Positions 1-9,910 of a DNA stretch of 59,320 nucleotides are shown in pieces (positions within the stretch are counted from its first letter, which is position 1; each line of letters opens with the position of its first letter). The notes under the pieces were generated by a model. That model made no database searches. It was not told the DNA's origin and worked only from the letters and a program-made list of their open reading frames with translations. The stretch is from positions 1 through 59,320 of the forward strand of contig JAZURZ010000056.1 of NCBI GenBank assembly GCA_045606465.1, in the 5' to 3' direction. This DNA is from Clostridia bacterium. Its GTDB lineage: Bacteria; Bacillota; Clostridia; UBA1381. The translations under genes and the position numbers were made by a program.

Positions 1-1
1 T

Positions 2-109
2 GGCTTGTGGGACGAGGTCAAGCGTTTTGAAAATCCGCATAAATATTATGTGGATATGTCTGAGGACTTGTGGAATTTAAAATACAATCTTTTAAAAAAT
101 TATAAATAG
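2..109 (+). CDS. 3' end of an upstream gene, possibly nicotinate phosphoribosyltransferase (5'-truncated by the window edge)
   Basis: Frame 2 reads GLWDEVKRFENPHKYYVDMSEDLWNLKYNLLKNYK, then TAG at 107-109. It resembles NAPRTase C-termini as I recall them. No start codon lies in the window. Confidence 0.4.
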   Translation, partial: GLWDEVKRFENPHKYYVDMSEDLWNLKYNLLKNYK

Positions 110-119
110 GAAAAGGATA

Positions 120-1157
120 ATGGATACAAAAATAGTAAAAATCAATCCTGATAATATAGATGAAAAAATTATGCAGGATATGGGAAAAATAATATCGGAC
201 GGAGGGCTTGTAGCTTTTCCGACCGAGACAGTTTACGGTCTTGGAGCAAATGCTTTCTCGGCTGATAGCGTAGTGAAAATTTTTAATGCAAAGGGACGTC
301 CGTCTGATAATCCTCTTATAGTCCATGTTTCATCTTTTGATGAAGTAAAAGAGGTGGCAAGAGAAATCCCTGATGCGGCAAGGCTTGTTTTTGATGCCTT
401 TTCGCCAGGACCTATTACTCTGATTTTAAAAAAAGCGGCATTTGTACCAAGTGCAGTTACAGCTGGACTTGACACGGTTGCGGTGAGGATTCCCTCACAT
501 AAAATAGCACGTGAGCTTATAAAAAAAGCAGGGGTTCCAATTGCGGCACCGAGTGCTAATCGTTCAGGAAAACCAAGCCCCACAATGGCAGAACATGTAA
601 TAGCTGATATGAATGGAAGAATTGACGCTATAATAGATGGAGGCTCTTGCAGTGTAGGAGTGGAATCCACAATTCTTGATATGACTCTAAAACACCCCAC
701 AATATTAAGACCGGGAGATGTAACATATGAGGAACTAAAAAAGCTTTTGCCTGATGCTTTGATAGATGACCATGTTTTAAAGGCGGCGTCGGTAAATGCA
801 GCGCCCAAATGCCCAGGCATGAAATATAAGCATTATGCTCCCGATGCAGAACTTTTTGTGGTGGAGGGAAGGCATGAGGCGGTAGCTAAAAAAATAAATT
901 CACTTATAGCCGAAAACCCTGACAAAAAGGTGGGGGTTCTTGCTCTTGGGGATAAAAAATATAATGCCGATTTGGTTATAAATGCAGGGAGTGACAATCG
1001 TGAATATGCAAAACTTCTTTTTGCAGCCTTGCGTGAGTTTGACAAAAATGGTATAGATATAATATTTGCAGAATTTGTAATTGATGACGAGTATGCACTA
1101 ACTGTCAAAAATCGCATTTACAAATCGGCAGCAAATAAAATAATAAAGGCAGATTAA
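120..1157 (+). CDS. tsaC: L-threonylcarbamoyladenylate synthase (Sua5/YwlC type, t6A pathway)
   Basis: 345-aa ORF with YrdC-fold motifs VAFPTETVYGLGANAF, KGRPSDNPLIVH and APSANRSGKPSPT, plus a Sua5-type C-terminal domain. Confidence 0.92.
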   Translation: MDTKIVKINPDNIDEKIMQDMGKIISDGGLVAFPTETVYGLGANAFSADSVVKIFNAKGRPSDNPLIVHVSSFDEVKEVAREIPDAARLVFDAFSPGPITLILKKAAFVPSAVTAGLDTVAVRIPSHKIARELIKKAGVPIAAPSANRSGKPSPTMAEHVIADMNGRIDAIIDGGSCSVGVESTILDMTLKHPTILRPGDVTYEELKKLLPDALIDDHVLKAASVNAAPKCPGMKYKHYAPDAELFVVEGRHEAVAKKINSLIAENPDKKVGVLALGDKKYNADLVINAGSDNREYAKLLFAALREFDKNGIDIIFAEFVIDDEYALTVKNRIYKSAANKIIKAD

Positions 1158-1185
1158 AAATTAAAAGGAGTTAGTGGTTGTAAAG

Positions 1186-1626
1186 ATGAACATATTGTTT
1201 GTATGCACAGGGAACACCTGCAGGAGTCCCATGGCGGCAGCGCTGATGAACAAGGAAGCAGAAAAAAGAAATCTTGATGTAAGAATTGAATCGGCAGGCG
1301 TTTTTGCTAAAGATGGTGAAAATGCAAGCTCTGAGGCAATAATTGCTATGTTGGAATATGGAATAGATTTGACCGGACATCATGCGCAGCCAATAAATCA
1401 GGAACTTGTAGAAAAAAGCGATTTAATTATTACAATGACACCTGCACATAAAATGGTTTTTGAGGGCATGGCAGGAGATAAGACCTATACTTTGGGAGAG
1501 TATGCGGGACTTGATTTTGACATAGATGACCCATTTGGCGGAGATGTTGAAGAGTATATGGAAACTGCCGCACAAATAGAAAAGGCAATTGTTAAAATGG
1601 CGGACCGCATAGAGAAAAATTTGTAG
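1186..1626 (+). CDS. ywlE: low-molecular-weight protein arginine/tyrosine phosphatase (YwlE-like)
   Basis: P-loop motif VCTGNTCRSPMA and C-terminal DPFGG. The ORF opens at GTG 1174; ATG 1186 gives the homolog-like N-terminus MNILFVCTGN. Confidence 0.88.
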   Translation: MNILFVCTGNTCRSPMAAALMNKEAEKRNLDVRIESAGVFAKDGENASSEAIIAMLEYGIDLTGHHAQPINQELVEKSDLIITMTPAHKMVFEGMAGDKTYTLGEYAGLDFDIDDPFGGDVEEYMETAAQIEKAIVKMADRIEKNL

Positions 1627-1636
1627 AGGGGAAAGC

Positions 1637-2086
1637 ATGGAAATTTTACCTATGTGCAAAGAAGATGTAAGTGGACTTGCGGAGCTTGACAGAGAATGCT
1701 TTAGTGTACCGTGGTCAGAAAAATCTTTCTTTGATGAATCTGAAAATAAAATAGCTCATTACGTTGTTGCAAAGGACAAAAATCGTATCATAGGCTATGC
1801 AGGCTTCTGGCACGTGGCAGATGAAGCAGACATAACCAATATTGCAGTAGCAAAGGACTTAAGACGTCAGGGAATAGGCAAAAAGCTTTTGGAAGAGATT
1901 ATAAAAAAGGCAAAAGAGCTTAAGCTTTCGCTTATGACATTAGAGGTAAGAGAGTCAAACTGTGCAGCAATAGAGCTTTATAAGCGTTATGGGTTTGAAG
2001 AAATCGGCAGAAGAAAAAGATATTATCATGACCCTGTGGAGGACGCTTTGATTATGACACTTTATTTTGGAGGAATATATGAATAA
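1637..2086 (+). CDS. rimI: ribosomal-protein-alanine N-acetyltransferase (GNAT)
   Basis: 149 aa with the GNAT acetyl-CoA motif [10 protein letters not shown]. It sits directly upstream of and overlaps tsaD, the usual rimI position. Confidence 0.85.
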   Translation: MEILPMCKEDVSGLAELDRECFSVPWSEKSFFDESENKIAHYVVAKDKNRIIGYAGFWHVADEADITNIAVAKDLRRQGIGKKLLEEIIKKAKELKLSLMTLEVRESNCAAIELYKRYGFEEIGRRKRYYHDPVEDALIMTLYFGGIYE

Positions 2087-3086
2087 GCTGATTTTGGGAA
2101 TAGAAAGCTCCTGTGATGAAACCGCTGCAGCAGTGGTGAGAAACGGGAGAGAGGTTTTGTCTAATGTAATTAATACCCAGATAGACCTTCATAAAAAATA
2201 TGGCGGAGTGGTCCCTGAAATTGCATCACGAAAGCACATTGAAAGCGTAAATGCAGTAATTGACGAGGCACTTTCTAAGGCTTGCGTCACCATAGATGAT
2301 ATTGACGCTGTTGCAGTAACCTATGGACCGGGGCTTGTGGGTGCACTGCTTGTGGGCGTATCTACAGCTAAGGCTTATGCGTATGCAAGTAAAAAACCTT
2401 TGGTGGGAGTTCATCATATAAAGGGACATATCATGGCGAATTTTCTTGCGCATCCGGAACTCAAACCACCATTTGTGTGCCTGGTTGCGTCGGGAGGACA
2501 CTCTCACATAGTAGAGGTCTCCGGCTATAACACATTAAAAATTCTTGGAAGAACAAGGGACGATGCAGCAGGCGAGGCTTTTGATAAAATTGCAAGGGTG
2601 TTGGGACTTGGCTATCCCGGAGGTCCATTAATAGACAAGCTTGCAAAGGAAGGAAACCCTGATGCAATAAAATTCCCAAGAGTCAGAATGGATGAAAATT
2701 CTCTTGATTTTAGCTTCAGCGGAGTGAAAACTGCGGTTATAAATTATTTGCACAAGGCTGAGCAGGCAAAGGAAAAAATCAATAAAGCAGATGTTGCGGC
2801 AAGCTTTCAGGCGGCTGTTACCGATGTGCTGTGTGAGCATACAATAGAAGCGGCAATGATGTGCAAAAGCAAGATTGTTGCCCTTGCAGGAGGAGTTGCA
2901 TCGAATTCTGAATTGAGAAACAAAATGACACAGCTTGCGCAAGATAAAGGCATTTCGGTGGTTTATCCGCCGCCTGTATTATGCACTGACAACGCAGCAA
3001 TGATAGCTTGTGCGGGATATTATAATTATATAAATGGTGAAAGGGCAGGACTTGATTTAAATGCAGTCCCGTCGTTGCAGCTTTGA
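2079..3086 (+). CDS. tsaD: tRNA N6-adenosine threonylcarbamoyltransferase
   Basis: [16 protein letters not shown]-terminus and HHIKGHI metal motif. GGAGG lies 5 nt before ATG 2079 (the ORF opens at 2067). It overlaps rimI by 8 nt. Confidence 0.95.
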   Translation: MNKLILGIESSCDETAAAVVRNGREVLSNVINTQIDLHKKYGGVVPEIASRKHIESVNAVIDEALSKACVTIDDIDAVAVTYGPGLVGALLVGVSTAKAYAYASKKPLVGVHHIKGHIMANFLAHPELKPPFVCLVASGGHSHIVEVSGYNTLKILGRTRDDAAGEAFDKIARVLGLGYPGGPLIDKLAKEGNPDAIKFPRVRMDENSLDFSFSGVKTAVINYLHKAEQAKEKINKADVAASFQAAVTDVLCEHTIEAAMMCKSKIVALAGGVASNSELRNKMTQLAQDKGISVVYPPPVLCTDNAAMIACAGYYNYINGERAGLDLNAVPSLQL

Positions 3087-3132
3087 CATTTATAAATACA
3101 TCTTGAAATAAAATTCCTTGAGTGCAAAAAAG

Positions 3133-3186
3133 AAAAAGTATGTCCTAATTAAGTAATCTTTACTAAAATTAAGACATACTTTTTTA
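3133..3186. terminator. bidirectional rho-independent terminator between convergent tsaD and the LRR gene
   Basis: AAAAAGTATGTCCTAATT ... AATTAAGACATACTTTTT inverted repeat with one mismatch, flanked by an A-run and a T-run. Confidence 0.75.
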
Positions 3187-3195
3187 TTAAAATAA

Positions 3196-4932
3196 TTATT
3201 CAACAATTTCAATATCGCAGACAGGTTTTTGATTTTCTAAAGATTTCCATACCATAACTTTTGCTAAATCAAAACTTTCTGTGACCACAAAATATATATT
3301 CTTGTTTTTGTTTGATGCATATTGTATTTGTACTAAGTTGTCATTTTTGTATAGTGCAAGAATTATCTGACAATCCAAAGGTAAATAATTCGGAGTGCAG
3401 ACAAATATTTTTTCGCCCGTTTCAGATGTTGCACAAATGGTGCTTGTGCTTTCTACGCAATCTGTATTTGTCACAAAAGTAAATGTTCCGGGGTTACTAC
3501 AGCATTTTATTGCAATGTAATATTTCTCTCCTGCTGTCAAGTTATATGAAATAAAAAAGTTTTGTCCGACTGCGCCGCTGTCTGCTGATGTGAGCAGATT
3601 TTGGTTTGAATCATATAAATAACCATGGGTGTCAATACTGCCTGTTGAATAAAAGCGATATGTACCTGTAAACCTTGGAGTGTATTCATAATAAACAATC
3701 TGGTTTGATACGACTGTAGTTATTTCATATTTTGCATTTTCTTCGGAAAATAAAGCGTCTTCAAAGCTTGAACCTGTTTTATCTATCCATGCAGCATAGA
3801 GAGTGGTGGCATTTCCATAGTAAGGAAAGGTTATTTTCGTACCCGTTAAAGCCTCATTGTCATACCAACCCAAGAAAAGCTTGTCTTTATTTTCAAGACT
3901 TGGTTCTGACATTATGAAATGGGTTGTTATTTCGGGCAAAGATGCATTGCAATTGGTTTGAAATTTATATGTTTTTGGTGTTGCGTTGAAAATAATTCTG
4001 GCATATTCTAATTCTTCATCATCTTCTGAATTTTCTAAAATTTCATACCAATCATCTTCGTCACCTCTGAAAAATAAAACTTCTACAAATACCTGAAAAA
4101 AGGCACGATAGTCGATTTGAACACCCTTGGGTAAAACAATATGTGTCAAATTATAACAATTAAAAAATGCTTCCTCGCCAATGCTTGTAACGTTATCTGA
4201 AATTTTTGCGCTTCTTAAATTAATGCAATGTTCAAATGCACACATGCCTATGCTTGTGACCTTATCAGGGATTATTATACTTTTCAAACTTACGCAATTG
4301 GAAAAGGTTCCTTCGGCGATGTTTGTAATGTTGTTAGACAAAGTTATGCTTGTCAGAGTGATACAATTTTCAAATGCATATACCCCGATGCTTATAACAC
4401 TGTCGGGGATTGTTATAGTTGTCAGATTATAACAATTAAAAAATGCATACTCGGCAATGGTTGTAACGCTATTTGGGATTTTTACACTTTTTAAGCTGGT
4501 GCATTTCTCAAAGAGACCAAAATCAATAATTGTCACCTTTTCGGGAATTGTTATGCTTTCCAAACTTTCGCAACTGAAAAATGTGTAAGCACCAATACTT
4601 GTAAGGTTGTTTGAAAGTGTTATATTTTTTAAATTTGTGCAATATTTGAATGCGCCTTCACCAATACTTGTAACGCTATCAGGAACTGTTATATTTTCTA
4701 AGCTCCTGCAACCATAAAATGCTTCTTTACCAATGTCTGTGACGGGATACCCATCAATTTCAGCTGGAATTTTCACATTTGTTGCAGTTTCAACACAATC
4801 GGTAATGGTGATTTTTTCATCTGATATAGTATATGTTAAGTTATTATAGCTTTCAGCTGATGCATCTATAATGCCAAACGTTGATAAAATGATAAACATC
4901 AGAACATGGAATAAGGTAATTTTCTTTTGCAT
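3196..4932 (-). CDS. secreted BspA-type leucine-rich-repeat surface protein with C-terminal Listeria-Bacteroides repeat and PPC-like domain
   Basis: Signal peptide MQKKITLFHVLMFIILSTFGIIDASA. About ten 23-aa repeats (IP..VTSIG..AF..C..L..I.) are also visible as DNA periodicity at about 4130-4760. LGWYDNEALTG motif is present. Confidence 0.85.
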   Translation of the reverse strand: MQKKITLFHVLMFIILSTFGIIDASAESYNNLTYTISDEKITITDCVETATNVKIPAEIDGYPVTDIGKEAFYGCRSLENITVPDSVTSIGEGAFKYCTNLKNITLSNNLTSIGAYTFFSCESLESITIPEKVTIIDFGLFEKCTSLKSVKIPNSVTTIAEYAFFNCYNLTTITIPDSVISIGVYAFENCITLTSITLSNNITNIAEGTFSNCVSLKSIIIPDKVTSIGMCAFEHCINLRSAKISDNVTSIGEEAFFNCYNLTHIVLPKGVQIDYRAFFQVFVEVLFFRGDEDDWYEILENSEDDEELEYARIIFNATPKTYKFQTNCNASLPEITTHFIMSEPSLENKDKLFLGWYDNEALTGTKITFPYYGNATTLYAAWIDKTGSSFEDALFSEENAKYEITTVVSNQIVYYEYTPRFTGTYRFYSTGSIDTHGYLYDSNQNLLTSADSGAVGQNFFISYNLTAGEKYYIAIKCCSNPGTFTFVTNTDCVESTSTICATSETGEKIFVCTPNYLPLDCQIILALYKNDNLVQIQYASNKNKNIYFVVTESFDLAKVMVWKSLENQKPVCDIEIVE

Positions 4933-5068
4933 AATAATTTCCTCTTTCTTTTGTTATTAGTTAGAATTTTAAATTTAAATGTTTATGGGGTTTAAGAATG
5001 CGAGTTGTAAATTTCAATGGTTTATCCCTAAAATACTATTTTGTATAATAAAACCACCTTTAGAGAAT

Positions 5069-5155
5069 AGATAAGAGATAATAGATAATAGTACAAAAGC
5101 GGCACAAAAGAGCAACATCTTTTATCTATTCACTATTATCTATTATCTCTTATCT
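5069..5155. repeat. perfect 24-bp inverted repeat (long AT-rich hairpin) with a 39-nt loop
   Basis: AGATAAGAGATAATAGATAATAGT at 5069-5092 is the exact reverse complement of 5132-5155. The loop segment CAAAAGCGGCA can also pair with TGCCGCTTTTG at about 5170-5180. Confidence 0.8.
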
Positions 5156-5178
5156 CAGGCAAGTTTACTTGCCGCTTT

Positions 5179-5254
5179 TGGTCGGAGTGACAGGACTTGA
5201 ACCTGCGGCACCTAGACCCCCAGTCTAGTGCGCTACCACCTGCGCTACACCCCG
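5179..5254 (-). tRNA. tRNA-Pro (anticodon GGG), CCA encoded
   Basis: Reverse complement CGGGGTGTAGCGCAGGTGGTAGCGCACTAGACTGGGGGTCTAG...GGTTCAAGTCC...CCGACCA folds as a cloverleaf. Anticodon loop is CUGGGGG. Confidence 0.9.
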
Positions 5255-5261
5255 TTATTAA

Positions 5262-5338
5262 TGGTCGGGATGACAGGATTTGAACCTGCGGCCCCTACGT
5301 CCCGAACGTAGTGCTCTACCAAACTGAGCCACATCCCG
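5262..5338 (-). tRNA. tRNA-Pro (anticodon CGG), CCA encoded
   Basis: Reverse complement CGGGATGTGGCTCAGTTTGGTAGAGCACTACGTTCGGGACGTAG...GGTTCAAATCC...CCGACCA. Anticodon loop is UUCGGGA. Confidence 0.9.
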
Positions 5339-5345
5339 TAAAATT

Positions 5346-5434
5346 TGGCGGAGCAGGTGGGATTCGAACCCACGGACGGTTGCCCGTCAACTGATTTCGA
5401 GTCAGTCCCGTTATGACCACTTCGATACCGCTCC
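5346..5434 (-). tRNA. tRNA-Ser (anticodon CGA), class II with long variable arm, CCA encoded
   Basis: 89 nt. Reverse complement GGAGCGGTATCGAAGTGGTC...ACTGACTCGAAATCAGT, a long variable arm, then GGGTTCGAATCCCACCTGCTCCGCCA. Confidence 0.88.
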
Positions 5435-5467
5435 GTATAAATCGTTGACTTTGCAACAACAATGGAT

Positions 5468-5496
5468 ATTATAGCATAATTTTTTTCTGATGTCAA
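5468..5496 (-). promoter_or_regulatory. sigma-A-type promoter of the tRNA operon
   Basis: The minus strand reads TTGACA, a 17-nt spacer, then TATAAT, about 30 nt upstream of tRNA-Ser. Confidence 0.7.
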
Positions 5497-5576
5497 TTAA
5501 AATTTAAAAAAAAATAAAAAAAATAAACGCTTACTTATAAAAAAGAAAGATAAAAATAAAATCATGTAAAAAAGAG

Positions 5577-5605
5577 TTGAAATCTGTTAAAAAAAAGTAT
5601 ATAAT
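5577..5605 (+). promoter_or_regulatory. sigma-A-type promoter upstream of lon
   Basis: TTGAAA, a 17-nt spacer, then TATAAT, about 85 nt upstream of the lon ATG. Confidence 0.6.
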
Positions 5606-5690
5606 ATAATTGGATAGGTGTATGGATATAGCTACATCTGACCAATAAGGAATTTATTAAACAGACATAATTTGAAAGGGTATAGTAAAG

Positions 5691-8015
5691 ATGAGTTCAG
5701 ATATAAAAAAATTACCGGTCTTGCCTTTGAGGGGAATGGTTCTTTTTCCTCATATGGGAGTAAATATTGATGTTGCAAGAGATTTTTCCGAGCTTGCAGT
5801 TGATGCGGCGATGAAAGCTGACAGGCGAATTTTTGTAACCTCACAAAAGGATGCCGACACAGAAAAACCAACTATAATTGAGCTTTTTAAGATAGGTTGT
5901 ATTGCGAAGATAAAGCAAACCATACGCTTGCCCGGCGGCGGAATGAGAATTGTGGCAGAGGGTATAACTCGTGCCAAAATCATTGAGGCAATTCCGGGTG
6001 GGAAATATATGAGCGCTATGGTCGAGGTTTTTGAAGAGGAAAAGGAAAGCGACAATCTTATTTTAGACGAAGCATTTGTAAGAGCGGTTCAGAATAGCTT
6101 TGAGGAATTTTTCAGATATAATAAAAGACTCAAACCCGAAGCAGTTTTTGCAGCAGCAAGACTGGGAGGTGTTGGCGTGGTAGCCGACGCTGTAGCGGGA
6201 AATGCAGAGCTTAAATTTGAAGACAAGCAGCAACTTCTTGAGGAAACTGACCCCTATAAAAGGGTAGAAAAACTTGTAGGGATACTCCATCATGAAGCAA
6301 AGGTTTGCCAAATAATGCAGGGAATTTCCGAAAAGGTAAAAAAGCAGATAGAAAAAAATCAGCGTGATTATTATTTAAGAGAGGAAATGCATGCTATAAA
6401 AAAAGAGCTTGGCGAGGACGAGGACACAGATGCACTTTTGATGCGTGAAAAAGCTGAGGCTTTAGGTCTTTCGGATGAGATTTTGAAAAAAATCAAAAAG
6501 GACATAGACCGCTTTGAGAATATTCCACAGACTACGCCTGACAGCTCGGTTTTGAAAAATTATATAGATACTGTTTTAGAACTTCCATGGAATATAGCTG
6601 ATGAGGAAAATTTTGATTTAAAAAGAGCCCAAAAAATTCTTGATGATGACCACTATGGCATGGAGAAAATAAAAGAAAGGGTTCTTGAACACTTAGCAGT
6701 AAGAAGACTTACAAAAGGCAAACAAGGGACAGTTATATGCCTTGTAGGTCCTCCCGGAACGGGAAAAACATCGATTGCAAAGTCAATTGCAAAGACTCTT
6801 AATAGGAAATATGTAAGAATTTCCCTTGGCGGAGTTCATGATGAGGCGGACATAAGAGGACATAGAAAAACCTACATTGGTGCTATGCCGGGACGAATTA
6901 TGGATGCAATTAAAACAGCAGGCACAAAAAACCCGCTTGTTTTGTTAGATGAAATAGATAAAATGGGAGCGGATATAAAGGGTGACCCTGCAGCAGCTCT
7001 TTTAGAGGTTTTAGATATTGAGCAAAATAATGCTTTTCGTGACCACTATATTGAGGTTCCATTTGACTTGTCAGAGGTTATGTTCGTTATGACAGCAAAT
7101 ACTTCATCGACTATTCCTGAGGCTTTGCTTGACAGAATTGAGATGATTGAGGTTAGAGGCTACACTGATGAGGAAAAATTTGAAATTGCAAAACGTTATC
7201 TTTTGCCAAAGCAGTTGGAGAAGCACGGACTCACATCCACCAAGACTTTAATAAAGGATGACGCCCTTAAAGAGATAATAAGCTACTATACTCGTGAGTC
7301 GGGAGTGCGTAATTTAGAACGTGAAATTGGTGCAATTTTAAGAAAGGCAGCCCGCATAATTGCCGAGGGTGAGAAAAAAAGCATGACAATAGGCGCAAAA
7401 TCCGTTAAAAAATATCTTGGAAAACGCAAGTTTTTGTTTGATATGATGGAGGAAAAAGACGAGATAGGAGTTGTAAGAGGACTTGCATGGACAAAAGTGG
7501 GAGGAGAAACCCTCTCGGTAGAGGTAAATGTTATGCAGGGAAGCGGCAAGGTTGAGCTTACCGGAAAATTGGGAGATGTTATGAAGGAATCGGCACTTGC
7601 AGCAGTATCATATATACGCTCAAAGAGTACAGATTTAAAAATTACTCCTGATTTTTACAAAACCAAGGATATTCATATCCATGTTCCAGAGGGAGCGGTT
7701 CCCAAGGACGGACCCTCAGCAGGAATAACTATTGCAACAGCGGTTGCCTCTGCACTTACTAATCGTCCTATAAGACGTGATGTCGCAATGACAGGAGAAA
7801 TTACATTGAGGGGAAATGTGCTTCCTATAGGCGGCTTAAAGGAAAAGAGCCTTGCAGCTTACAGAGCAGGCATAAAAACTGTCATAATACCCGAGAAAAA
7901 TTCTCCTGATGTGGAGGATATTCCAGAAAGCGTGCGCAAGGAAATCTGCTTTGTGCCGGTTTCGGATATGGGGCAGGTTTTAGATAAGGCTTTTGCCGAC
8001 CAAAAGATTAATTAA
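5691..8015 (+). CDS. lon: ATP-dependent Lon protease (endopeptidase La)
   Basis: 774 aa with an N-terminal LON substrate domain, Walker [10 protein letters not shown], and the protease motif [14 protein letters not shown] containing the catalytic Ser. Confidence 0.97.
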   Translation: MSSDIKKLPVLPLRGMVLFPHMGVNIDVARDFSELAVDAAMKADRRIFVTSQKDADTEKPTIIELFKIGCIAKIKQTIRLPGGGMRIVAEGITRAKIIEAIPGGKYMSAMVEVFEEEKESDNLILDEAFVRAVQNSFEEFFRYNKRLKPEAVFAAARLGGVGVVADAVAGNAELKFEDKQQLLEETDPYKRVEKLVGILHHEAKVCQIMQGISEKVKKQIEKNQRDYYLREEMHAIKKELGEDEDTDALLMREKAEALGLSDEILKKIKKDIDRFENIPQTTPDSSVLKNYIDTVLELPWNIADEENFDLKRAQKILDDDHYGMEKIKERVLEHLAVRRLTKGKQGTVICLVGPPGTGKTSIAKSIAKTLNRKYVRISLGGVHDEADIRGHRKTYIGAMPGRIMDAIKTAGTKNPLVLLDEIDKMGADIKGDPAAALLEVLDIEQNNAFRDHYIEVPFDLSEVMFVMTANTSSTIPEALLDRIEMIEVRGYTDEEKFEIAKRYLLPKQLEKHGLTSTKTLIKDDALKEIISYYTRESGVRNLEREIGAILRKAARIIAEGEKKSMTIGAKSVKKYLGKRKFLFDMMEEKDEIGVVRGLAWTKVGGETLSVEVNVMQGSGKVELTGKLGDVMKESALAAVSYIRSKSTDLKITPDFYKTKDIHIHVPEGAVPKDGPSAGITIATAVASALTNRPIRRDVAMTGEITLRGNVLPIGGLKEKSLAAYRAGIKTVIIPEKNSPDVEDIPESVRKEICFVPVSDMGQVLDKAFADQKIN

Positions 8016-8071
8016 AAAAATAAAAATGTGCGCAAAACTTGATTTTGCGGCAAGAAAGGCTGTGAATTAAC

Positions 8072-8671
8072 ATGAATATACACAATGTAAAATTAACAAT
8101 ATCAGCAGTCAAAAAAGAGCAATATCCTACTGATGGTAAAATGGAATTTGCCTTTGTGGGACGCTCAAATGTAGGAAAGTCATCGCTTGTAAACAAGCTT
8201 CTTAACAGAAAATCTCTTGCAAGGGTAAGCTCTGCTCCAGGAAAGACCGCAACAATTAATTTTTATGACATAGACGATGCTATTTATCTGGTGGATTTGC
8301 CGGGCTATGGCTATGCTATACGCTCCAAAGAAGAAATTGAAAAATGGGGCGGTATGATAGAGGATTATTTAAGAAACCGTGAGGAGCTTGAGAGAATAAT
8401 TCTTCTTGTTGACAGCCGCCATGAGCCAACAAAGGACGACTTTATAATGCTTGATTGGATAAGACATTATCAGCCTGAAGGTGCAATAGTGGTTGCAACC
8501 AAGACCGACAAGCTTAAGAAAAAGGAACTTGAGAAAAACCTTGAAATGATTTGGGCAAAGCTTGAGCTTGGTGAGGATGATATATTAATTCCATTCTCAA
8601 CAAAGAATGACGAGGGCAAATATAGCGTCTGGGATGTTATAGAGCTTATAAGAACAAGTGAGGAAGAATAG
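8072..8671 (+). CDS. engB: ribosome biogenesis GTP-binding protein YsxC/EngB
   Basis: G1 GRSNVGKSS and G3 DLPGYG motifs. It follows lon, the conserved Firmicutes order. Confidence 0.93.
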   Translation: MNIHNVKLTISAVKKEQYPTDGKMEFAFVGRSNVGKSSLVNKLLNRKSLARVSSAPGKTATINFYDIDDAIYLVDLPGYGYAIRSKEEIEKWGGMIEDYLRNREELERIILLVDSRHEPTKDDFIMLDWIRHYQPEGAIVVATKTDKLKKKELEKNLEMIWAKLELGEDDILIPFSTKNDEGKYSVWDVIELIRTSEEE

Positions 8672-8701
8672 GAATTTTTCAAAAATGAGGTAAAAAGCGA
8701 C

Positions 8702-9910
8702 ATGAAAAAAAGTATAATTTTCATCATTATAGGTATGATTGCAGTCATAGGCGTATATGTGTCAAGATACCTCGATACCCCTGTAGAAACCAGGATTGCA
8801 AGATATACTGAGCATGAGGAAAGCTTTGAAGGGGACTCATATCTTGTAAGGGAAGAAAGCGTATATGCAGCAGGAGCGTCAGGGACTTTTTATTCCTATG
8901 CCGAAGAGGGCACAAGAGTCGGGAAAAACAGGCTTTTGGCTACAGTTTATGATGGCGTTGTAAATCCTCATACCTTGCAGGAGCTTGACAATATACAAAA
9001 AAAGCTCGAAGAGTTTGAGGATATGAATAAAAATGATATATTTATAGTGGATTCCTCCAATGCGGAGAACAGATTAAAAAATCTCAAAAATCAAATTATA
9101 GAGGCGGCGCAGAAGAACAATCCTGCTGAAATTGTCAAGGCAAAAAATAGTATAAAAAGCATAGTTTCAGGCGAAGCGACAGAGGACAATCAAAAGGAAA
9201 AAGAAAATCTTTTAAAAAGAAAAGCGGATATAGAAGCAGAGCTTGGGAACTCCAAAGAGGATATATATTCATCAAACTCGGGAGTATATTCAACAAATAT
9301 TGACGAACTTGAGGGATATTTTTTCCCTGATAAAATATCTGAATATACCGTCGCTGATTTTGATGCCGCAGCTGAGCTTATAAAAAACTCGACAGGTAAA
9401 ATTACAACTTTGTCGGGAGAAAATGTATGCAAGGTAATAGATAACCATGTCTGGTATGTTCTTGTAAAGGCAGAGAGTGAAAAAATTTTCGAATACAAAA
9501 AAGGTCAAAAGGTAATGGTCAGATTTGATAGCATTCCGGGAGTTGAAACCGAGGCTGAGATTGTGAGCGTTTCCTCTGAAGAAGAAAAAAGCATAATTGC
9601 CTTAAAGTGCGAAAAGTATGTGGAGGGAATTTTTTCGATTCGCCGGAGTAACGTAGAGGTTATATCAAAACAATATAGAGGCTTTGAAATTCCTATATAT
9701 GCAGTGCGTGTAAAGGATGGAGTGCAGGGAGTCATGGTGCAATATGGCGTAAACGAAGTGTTTAAACCCTGCGAGGTTATATATACTGACAAGGATGAGG
9801 GGACAGTAATAATTAAACCCGTCACCGAAGGAATAACCAATCCCTTGGAGCAATATGACAGAATTGTCATTGGTGAAAAGGCAGAAGAGGAAGGAAGAAA
9901 TTTAGGGTGA
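8702..9910 (+). CDS. membrane-anchored coiled-coil protein, HlyD/membrane-fusion-like (function unknown)
   Basis: N-terminal TM segment IIFIIIGMIAVIGVYV, a long charged coiled-coil at about residues 95-190, and a C-terminal barrel-like segment KGQKVMVRFDSIPGVETEAEIVSV. Its stop overlaps the ylmE GTG (GTGA). Confidence 0.5.
   Translation: MKKSIIFIIIGMIAVIGVYVSRYLDTPVETRIARYTEHEESFEGDSYLVREESVYAAGASGTFYSYAEEGTRVGKNRLLATVYDGVVNPHTLQELDNIQKKLEEFEDMNKNDIFIVDSSNAENRLKNLKNQIIEAAQKNNPAEIVKAKNSIKSIVSGEATEDNQKEKENLLKRKADIEAELGNSKEDIYSSNSGVYSTNIDELEGYFFPDKISEYTVADFDAAAELIKNSTGKITTLSGENVCKVIDNHVWYVLVKAESEKIFEYKKGQKVMVRFDSIPGVETEAEIVSVSSEEEKSIIALKCEKYVEGIFSIRRSNVEVISKQYRGFEIPIYAVRVKDGVQGVMVQYGVNEVFKPCEVIYTDKDEGTVIIKPVTEGITNPLEQYDRIVIGEKAEEEGRNLG

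Noticed and set aside
233-820. 195-aa minus-strand ORF inside tsaC
   Set aside because: It is antisense to a gene with clear YrdC/Sua5 motifs. It is an open-frame artefact.
4130-4760. Periodic roughly 69-nt DNA repeats that could be mistaken for a repeat array or CRISPR
   Set aside because: They are in-frame coding repeats of the LRR protein (23-aa units). There are no unique spacers and no cas genes.
5245-5496. 83-aa minus-strand ORF
   Set aside because: It is made up almost entirely of the tRNA-Pro(CGG) and tRNA-Ser genes and their promoter region.
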